A stretch of DNA of 63,703 nt, filler included, from Candidatus Nezhaarchaeota archaeon WYZ-LMO8 (GTDB lineage Archaea; Thermoproteota; Methanomethylicia; Nezhaarchaeales; WYZ-LMO8), in assembly GCA_004347965.1 (NCBI GenBank). It is 3 parts of 3 records of this genome, joined end to end, with 100 filler letters (N's around TTAATTAATTAA, not from the genome) between each part and the next. Parts side by side here need not be neighbours in the genome. Positions count along the whole stretch, not along the records: positions 1 to 29,030 come from QNVF01000017.1; 2 more parts are not named here. One strand, given 5' to 3'. A model generated the notes under the pieces. The model was not told where the DNA came from and ran no database searches. It saw nothing but the letters and a program-made list of their open reading frames with translations. The position numbers and the translations under genes are program-made. Below are positions 9,794 to 18,375 of the stretch, in pieces. Numbering within the stretch: position 1 is the first letter of the stretch; each line of letters opens with the position of its first letter.

Positions 9794-10674
9794 TACCTCT
9801 TCGCCTTAGATATTAGGTACCTCACTATCTTAGCTGCTATATTTACCTTGGTAACAGCTTGCAAACCCATCCAGCCTGGTTGGCTATTAACTTCAGTTAA
9901 TAGGTACCCAGATGACGGAGACTCTATGATGTCCACGCCAGCTACTTCACAACCTAAAACCTCGCATGCTTTCGATGCTAAATTGAGGAGCTGCTCGTCG
10001 GGGGTTAACGGTACTGGTTTTGCTCCTAAGGCTATGTTGGTCTTCCATCCAGACGAAACTCTCTGCATTGATGCTATAACCTCGCCACCTACCACGAATA
10101 CCCTTATATCCCTCCCGCCATGCTGGATAAACTCCTGCACATAGAGCACATGCCTTAGAAAGTGAAGATCTGAGAGAACCCTCTTAGCTACATCTTCATC
10201 CCTCACTCTAGCAATGCCGAAGCCCCTTGAGCCGTAAATTGGCTTTATTACAACGTCTTGACCAAACTCGTAGTAGGCTTTTAAGGCTTCAATGGGGTTC
10301 TCAGTCACCACTGTCTTTGGTACTGGTAGTCCATGCTCTTCTAACAATGATAACGCTGTAAACTTACTCATGCATTTCTCTATAGCTGAGGGCTTATTAA
10401 CTATGGGAAGACCTGCTCTTTCAAGCTTGTGGAGAAGATCTATCCTGAAGAAGCATTCATCAACTGAGCATCTACCTATCGGTCTGACTATGGCTATGGA
10501 GAGCTCATTGACCAAGTCTACGTCGCTAAGAGTTACAGAGGGTTTTGAACCTATGTTGACCCTGACTCTACCGAATTTTATTGAGTAGGGTTCATGGCCT
10601 GCCTTTATTATCTCATCTCTAAGCTTTCGTGAACACCAAGAGTGTTCATTTCTCGTGAAAATTCCTATCTTCAC
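9793..10674 (-). CDS. RimK-family ATP-grasp alpha-L-glutamate ligase (MptN/CofF-like)
   Basis: KPIYGSRGFG, QEFI...DIRVFVVG, WKTNIALG, GVDI and EVNSQPG motifs. Confidence 0.88.
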   Translation of the reverse strand: MKIGIFTRNEHSWCSRKLRDEIIKAGHEPYSIKFGRVRVNIGSKPSVTLSDVDLVNELSIAIVRPIGRCSVDECFFRIDLLHKLERAGLPIVNKPSAIEKCMSKFTALSLLEEHGLPVPKTVVTENPIEALKAYYEFGQDVVIKPIYGSRGFGIARVRDEDVAKRVLSDLHFLRHVLYVQEFIQHGGRDIRVFVVGGEVIASMQRVSSGWKTNIALGAKPVPLTPDEQLLNLASKACEVLGCEVAGVDIIESPSSGYLLTEVNSQPGWMGLQAVTKVNIAAKIVRYLISKAKR

Positions 10675-11192
10675 TAGGAAGCGCCCTCCTCTAAGATCTT
10701 CAAAAGAGAGGCCTTCAATCTGTCGTATGTGGATTCTAAAAGCTCAGGCATAACCTTGACTTGAGCTATTGTCGGCATGAAGTTGGTGTCCCCAATCCAC
10801 CTAGGTAGCACGTGTACGTGAAGATGATCCTCTATCCCTGCTCCAGCCACCCTTCCTATATTTATTCCGATGTTGAACCCCTCTGGTTTTAAAGTCTCCT
10901 TTAAGAGTCTCACGGACAAGTTCACGTTCCTTACGAGATCTAGAAGTTCATCTCCAGTCAACTCCAGCAAATCTCCAACATGCCTATATGGCGCTACCAT
11001 TAAGTGTCCGGTATTGTATGGATATCGATTCATAATTATGAAGGACTTAAACCCTCTGTGAACTACTAAGAGCTCGCGATCTCTAGCTACTTCTTCACCT
11101 ATGCAGAGAATACAAGCCTTAGTCCTTGGCGACTCTATGTATTTTATCCTCCACGGAGCCCAGAGTATTGCAAGCCTCTTTACTTCACCCAT
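10674..11192 (-). CDS. HIT-family nucleotide hydrolase (Ap4A hydrolase/phosphorylase-like)
   Basis: LWAPWR, NRYPYNTGH and HLHVHVLPRW motifs. Confidence 0.92.
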   Translation of the reverse strand: MGEVKRLAILWAPWRIKYIESPRTKACILCIGEEVARDRELLVVHRGFKSFIIMNRYPYNTGHLMVAPYRHVGDLLELTGDELLDLVRNVNLSVRLLKETLKPEGFNIGINIGRVAGAGIEDHLHVHVLPRWIGDTNFMPTIAQVKVMPELLESTYDRLKASLLKILEEGAS

Positions 11193-11218
11193 AAAGGACC
11201 CTCAAACACTCTTCAAAT

Positions 11219-11239
11219 TTTACACGAACTCGGTGTAAA
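11219..11239. promoter_or_regulatory. Palindromic operator-like site TTTACACGAACTCGGTGTAAA abutting a TATA-like box upstream of the HIT/ligase operon
   Basis: Imperfect inverted repeat; near-identical motif at 18318-18335. Confidence 0.45.
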
Positions 11240-11707
11240 TATATGATACGGGCTATAGTTGCTAGACCTTCATGTTCTCTAGATTCACTAGGTTTATGAT
11301 AGCTCTCTTTATACATAGGACCACAACTACTGGCAAAATACTCCTCTCTAAACCACGAAACTCAAAGTAGTCTTTAATAACTGCTCTTCCGCTCAAGTTC
11401 CAAGAGACGTTCTCTTTTTGTTTCTATGGGCTTAGTGAGCGACTTCTTTTTATCACATGGTGCATGGAAGTTCTTATTTCACGTATAGGGTTCTAAGGAG
11501 GTATGGATGTGAAAATTGTGTATTGACAATACCCACAGCTCCAGCGGTTTTTATGATTTGCCATAACCCTACCGCAACGGGGACACAATTTATTCCTCAA
11601 TCTTATTATTCCCTTGCTGTAATCTATTTCGTATATTTGAGATCTAAAGCAGTGCTTCTTTTTGGACAAGATTTAGAACCCCCAAGAGAACCCTTCAAGA
11701 GACTTCT

Positions 11708-12262
11708 TTAAGGTTGCGGTTTTAAAAGTATGTTTTCTATTTCAGCTGTACTCAAGATCTTAGCGCCATAGACCTCTTTCATGTAGTTCAATGCTCTTTC
11801 ATGTCTATCGTGGGTTAGCGAAGCTGTAGCATCGCTGACAACTATTATCTCATATCCTCTAAAGAAGGCGTCTGCAGCAGTATGCAGGACGCAAATATCT
11901 GTCGCAACGCCAGTTAGGACGAGACTCTTGACGCTAAGCTCTCGAAGAAGCAGATCCAAGTCGGTGGCGAAGAAACCACTATAGCGTCTCTTTGAAACTA
12001 TAAAATCGTGTCCTTGTGGTTTTAGCTCCTCTATCACTTTTGAGCCCCAAGTACCCGTTATGGCGTGTTGACCCCATAACTTTAACTCAAGATCTACGTC
12101 CCTCACGTGATTATCGTTAACGTATATCACAGGCATCTTCTGTGATCTAAACGCATCGATAAGTCTCTTTATATTCGGGACTATGTCCTTTGCTGCCGGT
12201 AGCTTTAACGAGCCATATACGAAATCATTCAACATGTCTATAATTAATAGTGCCTTGCTCAT
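11708..12262 (-). CDS. Isochorismatase/nicotinamidase-family cysteine hydrolase
   Basis: IIDMLNDF, KRRYSGFFATDL and GVATDICV motifs. Confidence 0.92.
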   Translation of the reverse strand: MSKALLIIDMLNDFVYGSLKLPAAKDIVPNIKRLIDAFRSQKMPVIYVNDNHVRDVDLELKLWGQHAITGTWGSKVIEELKPQGHDFIVSKRRYSGFFATDLDLLLRELSVKSLVLTGVATDICVLHTAADAFFRGYEIIVVSDATASLTHDRHERALNYMKEVYGAKILSTAEIENILLKPQP

Positions 12263-12348
12263 CGAGACTAACCCTACGAAAAAGATTATAGTCTCCCTAT
12301 TACTTTTTACGGTAGGAGGGGCTCGTACTCTATTAGGGGCGTTACGCC

Positions 12349-12675
12349 TTGCCTAAGCAATGCGAAGCGAAGTGCGAGTTTTTTAGGTGCGCTAGAAAAG
12401 CGCTTGTAAGGGTCCCTAGCAACCCTCACGCAAGGTTTATCGCTAATATAACTTTCATATGTAAGGAGATGAGTGGAGAGTGTCTTGAAGGTAAGTGTCA
12501 ATATGCTACCTGCCTTAGGAGTGCCCTACTACCAAACAATACGTGTGGACTTGAATACAAGCTAGAGAGGAAACGGACCAGGAGCATAGAACAAGAGGTT
12601 AAAAAGTACGAGGAGAAGTACGGCAACATTCTCGAGAGGTTTAAAGGTAAAAAACTGGCTGAAGATATGCTTTAA
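12349..12675 (+). CDS. Small Cys-rich (probable metal-binding) hypothetical protein
   Basis: 8 Cys in the N-terminal 70 aa with a charged helical C-terminus; 14 nt before the next gene. Confidence 0.75.
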   Translation: MPKQCEAKCEFFRCARKALVRVPSNPHARFIANITFICKEMSGECLEGKCQYATCLRSALLPNNTCGLEYKLERKRTRSIEQEVKKYEEKYGNILERFKGKKLAEDML

Positions 12676-12689
12676 GAATAGGGATTTGA

Positions 12690-13397
12690 GTGAGCGAAGT
12701 TAAAGCCGTTATCCTAGCTGGCGGTCTGGGCACTAGGCTGCGGCCTTTAACGTACACAATCCCGAAGCCCATGCTACCTCTAGGTGATAAGCCTCTACTT
12801 GAACGAATAATTACTGACTTGAAAGATCAAGGATTTAAGGATGTTGTGGTGTCTTGTAGCTATTTAGCTAGAATGATAGAGACTTACTTTGGCGATGGTT
12901 CTTGGCTCGGTGTGAAGATAAGCTACGTTAAGACAGACAGACCTTTGGGCACGGCTGGTCAGTTGAAGCCTATTAAAAATCTCGTGAATGGAACGTTCAT
13001 AACCATATACGGTGACGTCTACGCCAAGATAAATTACAGAGACTTGTTGGAGTACCATAGACGAACAGGTGCCATTGCAACCATGGTTTTAAGGAAAATT
13101 AAGCAAACGATAAGGTTTGGTGTTATAGAGGTTGACGATCATGGAAGAGTACGTAAATGGCAGGAGAAGCCTGAATTGGAGTTCAGAGTCAACGTCGGGG
13201 TTTACGTCTTTGAACCGAAGATCTTTAGCTACATACTAAATGGCGTTGACAGCATGGATAGAGTCTTTAGAGAAATGATTGAAAAGGGTGAGAAGGTTTA
13301 TGGTTACGAATTTACAGGTGAAGTTCACGATATCGGAGATATGGCTAGTTATGAGGAGGCAGTTAAAAAGTTTACGAAGGAGCTTGGCGAAATGTAA
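12690..13397 (+). CDS. Sugar-phosphate nucleotidyltransferase (NDP-sugar synthase family)
   Basis: ILAGGLGTRLRPLT..PKPM, PLGTAG and EKP motifs. Confidence 0.92.
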   Translation: MSEVKAVILAGGLGTRLRPLTYTIPKPMLPLGDKPLLERIITDLKDQGFKDVVVSCSYLARMIETYFGDGSWLGVKISYVKTDRPLGTAGQLKPIKNLVNGTFITIYGDVYAKINYRDLLEYHRRTGAIATMVLRKIKQTIRFGVIEVDDHGRVRKWQEKPELEFRVNVGVYVFEPKIFSYILNGVDSMDRVFREMIEKGEKVYGYEFTGEVHDIGDMASYEEAVKKFTKELGEM

Positions 13398-13473
13398 CTG
13401 GACGTAATACTAGAAGACCTTAATATTTTTTAACTTCCTATTTTCTAGTCTCACGAGAATATCAGACGTAAAG

Positions 13474-15342
13474 GTGCACGACATGAGGTTATTGTTGATT
13501 CACGCAGACTTCATGAGCTACGAAGTTAGAGAGAAGGCTATAGACGAGGCCGAGGAGATCAGCAATGACAGAAAAACTGGAACATTCAAGAACTCATTAG
13601 TTGTGTTTACGGCCGTTGAGGAGGATGACGTAGAGACCCTGGATGTTGTGGTTGATAACGCATCTAAAGAAATCATGGACGTTCTAGACAAAGTGAGAGC
13701 TGAGGTAATCGTAATTTATCCTTACGCTCACCTATCATCAAGTTTAGCTAAGCCAAGAGATGCACTCACAGCTCTCGTAAAGCTTGAGAATAAACTGAGA
13801 AATTACGGCATCAACGTTTCACGAGCTCCTTTTGGGTGGTACAAATCCTTTACCCTTACGTGTAAGGGTCATCCTCTATCAGAGCTATCGAAAAGTATCA
13901 AGGCAGAGACTAAAGTCATCGAAGTTACTAAACCAGAAGTGGAGAAAGGTTACTTCGTCTTAATAGAGCCAAGTGGTGAAGTGGTGAAGCTTAATAGTGA
14001 GAGGCCGCAGGACGATGAAGCAATTGAGAAGTACCCTCTAATTAAAAGGTTGATAATGAACGAAAAGGGATCTAAACCCGAGAAAGGAGCCCCACCACAC
14101 ATCAAGTTTATGCAAAAGCTTGAGTTAGTGGACTACGAACCTGCATCTGATGTTGGTCACTTTAAGTTCCTTCCTAAAGGTGCTTTGATAAAGCATTTGC
14201 TTGAAGAACTAGCGATGGAGATAGCTATTAACGATATAGGGGCAATGATGATCGAGACCCCGATGATTTATAGGTTAAGCGTTTCTGAGATAGCTGAGCA
14301 AGCCTCTAGATTTCTTGAGAGGGATTATAGGTTCAAAATAGACAATGAGGAATTTACGCTTAGATTTGCAGGCGACTTTGGGCTATTTAGCATGATGAAG
14401 AAGGTGACAGTAAGCTACAAGCAGCTACCACTAAGAATCTACGAACTCTCTCATTCCTTCAGACTTGAAAAACGAGGTGAGTGTGTTGGCTTAAGAAGGC
14501 TTAGAGCCTTCACCATGCCTGACGTTCACTGCTTCTGTAAAGACTTGGAGCAAGGAATGGAGGAGTTCGCTAACCTCTTAAAGAAGTACATGAAGCTCGT
14601 AAAAGCAATGAAAATAGACTACGTGATAGTGCTCAGAGCTGTTGAGTTCTTCTTCTTAGAAAATAAAGCTTGGTTTGCATCTCTAGCAAAAGAAGTTGGA
14701 GAACCGATACTGCTAGAAGTTCTACCAGCTATGAGGCATTATTGGATTGTTAAGGAGGAGCATCAATTCATAGATTCTCAAGGAGGGAATGCGCAGCTAT
14801 GTACCGTTCAATTAGATATTGAGGATTCAGAGCGTTATGGAATAAAATTCGTTGACAAGGATGGAACTAAGAAGGGTTGCATAATAGTTCACAGCTCAAT
14901 GGGATCAATCGAGAGGTGGATCTACGCTCTGCTTGAGCAAGCAGAGAAGAATAGGGCTTTAGGTAAGCCTCCCATGTTACCTGTGTGGTTATCGCCGGTA
15001 CAAGTCAGGGTCATCCCAGTTTCATCCGAATACCTTGGGGATGCATTAAAAATAGCTGAAGAAGTGGGGAAAGCTGGCATTAGGGTGGATGTGGACGATA
15101 GGGATGAAAGCGTACCTAGAAAGATTAGAGATGCTGAAGTCGAATGGATCCCATTCATAGTAGTTGTGGGAGAAAGAGAGGTTAAGGAAAAGATACTCTC
15201 GGTTAGAAATCGAGAAAAGAGAGAGACCGTGACCCTCAAGCTTGAGGAACTAATAGAGATTATAAGCGAGGAGAGTAAGGGTAAGCCCAAAGTTAAGTTG
15301 TGGATCCCGAAGCTATTATCGATGAGACCTAAGTTTATCTAG
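13474..15342 (+). CDS. thrS: Threonyl-tRNA synthetase, archaeal type with N-terminal editing domain
   Basis: MRLLLIHAD, YPYAHLS, RAPFGWYK, CKGHPLSELS, GLRRLRAFTMPD and GSIERW motifs. Confidence 0.97.
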   Translation: MHDMRLLLIHADFMSYEVREKAIDEAEEISNDRKTGTFKNSLVVFTAVEEDDVETLDVVVDNASKEIMDVLDKVRAEVIVIYPYAHLSSSLAKPRDALTALVKLENKLRNYGINVSRAPFGWYKSFTLTCKGHPLSELSKSIKAETKVIEVTKPEVEKGYFVLIEPSGEVVKLNSERPQDDEAIEKYPLIKRLIMNEKGSKPEKGAPPHIKFMQKLELVDYEPASDVGHFKFLPKGALIKHLLEELAMEIAINDIGAMMIETPMIYRLSVSEIAEQASRFLERDYRFKIDNEEFTLRFAGDFGLFSMMKKVTVSYKQLPLRIYELSHSFRLEKRGECVGLRRLRAFTMPDVHCFCKDLEQGMEEFANLLKKYMKLVKAMKIDYVIVLRAVEFFFLENKAWFASLAKEVGEPILLEVLPAMRHYWIVKEEHQFIDSQGGNAQLCTVQLDIEDSERYGIKFVDKDGTKKGCIIVHSSMGSIERWIYALLEQAEKNRALGKPPMLPVWLSPVQVRVIPVSSEYLGDALKIAEEVGKAGIRVDVDDRDESVPRKIRDAEVEWIPFIVVVGEREVKEKILSVRNREKRETVTLKLEELIEIISEESKGKPKVKLWIPKLLSMRPKFI

Positions 15343-15371
15343 TTTCACGTACTGCATTACATGTCAAGGCA

Positions 15372-15743
15372 TTGATAGAGGGATTTGAAATGAGTATGAG
15401 AGGGCTTAGGTTCAAGTGGTTTGATTATGACGTGGAGATCATGAACATAGAGTATAGAGAAGTGAAAGACATAGCTTTCTGTAGTTACATTACTAAGAGT
15501 GTTCCGCTATGGCATAACGGGATCTTAGTGTGTAGGTGCAACGACTTCTTAGACCTACGTACTGTAGCTAAGAAGATTATTACTGAGAAGGTCATGATTA
15601 TGGAGCAAGTTTGCTATGCCCACATGAAGGAGTACAAGAGGGGGCTATCAATAAATGAAGAGAACGTCATCGTAACGACCCCTATAGTTAGGGCCTATGG
15701 AGTGTACAAGTCGCTAGCTGAGTTATTGGCTAATATGAGGTGA
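15372..15743 (+). CDS. Hypothetical protein (start may be the ATG at 15390)
   Basis: ORF fills the gap between thrS and nnr in the same orientation. Confidence 0.6.
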   Translation: MIEGFEMSMRGLRFKWFDYDVEIMNIEYREVKDIAFCSYITKSVPLWHNGILVCRCNDFLDLRTVAKKIITEKVMIMEQVCYAHMKEYKRGLSINEENVIVTTPIVRAYGVYKSLAELLANMR

Positions 15744-15752
15744 GTAGGTACG

Positions 15753-17330
15753 ATCGAGCTTCGAGGAGAGTTCGAGGAATTAACAGCTGAAGAGATGATG
15801 ATAGTAGATGAAAATGCTGAATATCTTGGTGTTTCAAGGCTCTTGTTAATGGAGAACGCAGGTAGAAGTGTAGCGGAGGTAGTAGAGCAAAAAGTTGGAA
15901 TCAAGGGTAAGAAGATAGTCATAGTTGCTGGTCGAGGTAACAAGGCGGGGGACGGATTTGTAGCTGCTCGACATATTGCGTGCAAGGGAGGAAGGCCGAC
16001 AGTCATCTTAGTCGGCAGAGGGACCGACATTGAGGGGAGAGAGGCTAAGTACAATTGGGAGATAATAAAAAGGATGGATTGGACGATAAGAATAATAGAG
16101 CTTGGAGAACAAGCAAGCCTTGAAGGACTTAAGAGGGAAATTGAGGGAGCTGACGTCATAATCGATGCCCTCATAGGAACAGGCCTTCGAGGCCCTTTAA
16201 GAGAACCTTTGCTATCCATAGTTAACATGATAAACTCTTTCAGATCATTCAAGGTATCAATAGACATTCCAACAGGCATTAACCCTTCAACTGGCGAGAT
16301 TCATGGAGAAGCAATTAAGGCCGACGTCACTGTGACAATGCACAAGCCGAAAAGGGGTCTTAGAGGTAACGAGCGTTACACAGGTGAATTAGTAATCGCT
16401 AACATAGGCATACCGCCTGAAGCAGAGATTATAGTAGGGCCAGGTGACGTCAGGTTCACAGCGAGACGTAGACATCCAGAGTCTAAGAAGGGTGATTGGG
16501 GTAAGGTGCTTATAGTTGGTGGAGGATGGCAGTACTCTGGTGCTCCAGCACTTGCTGCTTTAGCATCTCTTAGAGCAGGATGCGATTTAGTTGTCATAAT
16601 TGCTCCCTCCTCTGTCTCTAACGCTATAAGGAGCTACTCACCAAATCTAATAGTTCAAGAAGTTAATGGATTAAAGTTCACGTCGAAGCACGTGGATGAA
16701 GTGGTTAAAGTTGCTGAAGGATTTGACTGTGTAATCATAGGTCCAGGCATGGGAGTTGATGAGGAGGTGTTTGATGCCGTTAGGCTGATGGTCGACAAGT
16801 TTAGGACTATGGGTAAACCGATGGTCATTGATGCCGATGGTTTGAAAGCTCTTGCAGGTCACTTAGACTTAGTCAAAGGAGCTGGTGCCATCCTAACTCC
16901 ACATGCCGGCGAGTTTAGGCTTCTCTTCAACATAAACTTAAGAGGGTCTTGGGTTGAAAAAGCTGTTGAAGTTATGAGGGTTGCTAGAGAGCATGAAGTA
17001 ACATTGCTTGTTAAGGCTCACCCTGAGGACGTGATATCTGATGGATTAAGGGTGAAAGTGAACATGACCGGCAACCCAGCAATGACTGTAGGAGGCACTG
17101 GTGATGTTTTAACGGGTTTAACAGCTTCTATCTTAAGCAAGAAAGTGCCCTACGTAAGGGCTGCTGCGGCAGCTTCATTCATATGTGGAGTTGCTGGTTC
17201 TTTAGCAGCTGAAGAGAAGGGCTATCACATACTTGCAACTGACGTAATAGAGAAGATACCTGAAGTCATGAGGCGCTTTGAGCCTTGGACCCAGGGATTA
17301 TCGATAGCCTTAGAAAGAAGGAGGGCTTAG
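15753..17330 (+). CDS. nnr: Bifunctional NAD(P)HX epimerase/dehydratase; start probably upstream of the ATG at 15795
   Basis: LMENAG, GNKAGDG, DALIGTG, DIPTG, IGPGMG, TPHAGEF and GGTGDVL motifs; frame open back to 15744. Confidence 0.93.
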   Translation: MELRGEFEELTAEEMMIVDENAEYLGVSRLLLMENAGRSVAEVVEQKVGIKGKKIVIVAGRGNKAGDGFVAARHIACKGGRPTVILVGRGTDIEGREAKYNWEIIKRMDWTIRIIELGEQASLEGLKREIEGADVIIDALIGTGLRGPLREPLLSIVNMINSFRSFKVSIDIPTGINPSTGEIHGEAIKADVTVTMHKPKRGLRGNERYTGELVIANIGIPPEAEIIVGPGDVRFTARRRHPESKKGDWGKVLIVGGGWQYSGAPALAALASLRAGCDLVVIIAPSSVSNAIRSYSPNLIVQEVNGLKFTSKHVDEVVKVAEGFDCVIIGPGMGVDEEVFDAVRLMVDKFRTMGKPMVIDADGLKALAGHLDLVKGAGAILTPHAGEFRLLFNINLRGSWVEKAVEVMRVAREHEVTLLVKAHPEDVISDGLRVKVNMTGNPAMTVGGTGDVLTGLTASILSKKVPYVRAAAAASFICGVAGSLAAEEKGYHILATDVIEKIPEVMRRFEPWTQGLSIALERRRA

Positions 17331-17334
17331 GAAG

Positions 17335-17655
17335 CTACATATAGCCACTTAATGGTTGAGGGGATGGTGCTTGAGGGATGGGGATTTTACCGAATTTCTT
17401 CTCGTATTCCTCGATATGCTTCATTAGAAGTATAGCGAAGGCCTTGGCCTGATTTGGAGACATAACTACCTCTACCATAAATTCCCTAACGATCTTTGGA
17501 GGTCTTCTTCCAGTTAAACTCTCTTCATCAGGCTCGAAACTATCCCTAAAGAACTGAATGTGAAAATCGAATGGTGTGTGACCTATCGAAGCCCCTGAAG
17601 CATATACTTGCTTGAAATCACTAACCTTAGAGACTAATATCTTGGGTTCAGACAT
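17335..17655 (-). CDS. DUF3467-like small protein
   Basis: QVYASG...FDFHIQF...VVMSPNQAK...YEKKFGKI pattern. Confidence 0.75.
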   Translation of the reverse strand: MSEPKILVSKVSDFKQVYASGASIGHTPFDFHIQFFRDSFEPDEESLTGRRPPKIVREFMVEVVMSPNQAKAFAILLMKHIEEYEKKFGKIPIPQAPSPQPLSGYM

Positions 17656-17686
17656 GTTCTGCTCAAAGGGAGCTTATTCAGAGGCC

Positions 17687-18157
17687 TTATATTTTGATCG
17701 GCTTAATGTCTCCCGATAGCAGTTTAAACGATATCCCTCCGTAGGCGGTCCACTCATAGAAGTCAAAGACGAACTTGTAGATGCCCTTCTTAAGGTTAAA
17801 GGATGCTCTGTATATCGTGTAGGGCTGTATCATCCAGCTATCAGTCTTTGAATAAACGAGGTTTCCAGCCTTGTCGTATACGAAGAGTCTAGCACCATCA
17901 TCGCATCCATATTCGATTACAACATTGGTGTCATTTCTTGCTCGAACAAAGCACTCACTAGTGAAACCTATTTTATCTCTTAAACCGAAAGCAACCTCAC
18001 CTAATCCCCATATCTCATTGAATTGAAAGGGCGCATAAGTGTCGCCTAGATATTGATCAAAACTTCCATCGATTGATGCCACTGTAAACCAATGCCTAAC
18101 CCAGCACGCCCTCGTGATTAGTGGCTTTACTCTCGCCATTAGCTTCCCTAGCATCAT
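17687..18157 (-). CDS. Stand-alone PA14-like beta-sandwich domain protein
   Basis: GCDDGARLFV, W, LKKGIYKFVFDFYEW..G pattern typical of PA14. Confidence 0.65.
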   Translation of the reverse strand: MMLGKLMARVKPLITRACWVRHWFTVASIDGSFDQYLGDTYAPFQFNEIWGLGEVAFGLRDKIGFTSECFVRARNDTNVVIEYGCDDGARLFVYDKAGNLVYSKTDSWMIQPYTIYRASFNLKKGIYKFVFDFYEWTAYGGISFKLLSGDIKPIKI

Positions 18158-18317
18158 GATCCATGATGGTCATTATCAGCGAGACTATTAAACATTGTTA
18201 TGATGTTGGATATCAACAAACGTAATACCATCTTTAAACTTTACACAGGTGATTAAATGGCTGGAGATTTAAATTGTAATGCTGAGCTCACGGTGACCTT
18301 CAAGTATGTTTAAGGCT

Positions 18318-18335
18318 TTACACGATTTCGTGTAA
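18318..18335. promoter_or_regulatory. Perfect 8-bp inverted repeat TTACACGA-TT-TCGTGTAA
   Basis: Seen directly; intergenic, upstream of the PA14 gene. Confidence 0.45.
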
Positions 18336-18375
18336 CAATTATACAAGAAAGCTAGCTACTGAGTTGCAGATTACA

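Noticed and set aside
11400..11711. 84-aa ORF resembling a decayed membrane (CPBP-like) protein
   Set aside because: Similarity is too weak and fragmented to call.
15741..15743. Selenocysteine read-through at the in-frame TGA before nnr
   Set aside because: No Cys-type motif context or SECIS seen; the TGA is part of an SD sequence, and FwdB here uses Cys.
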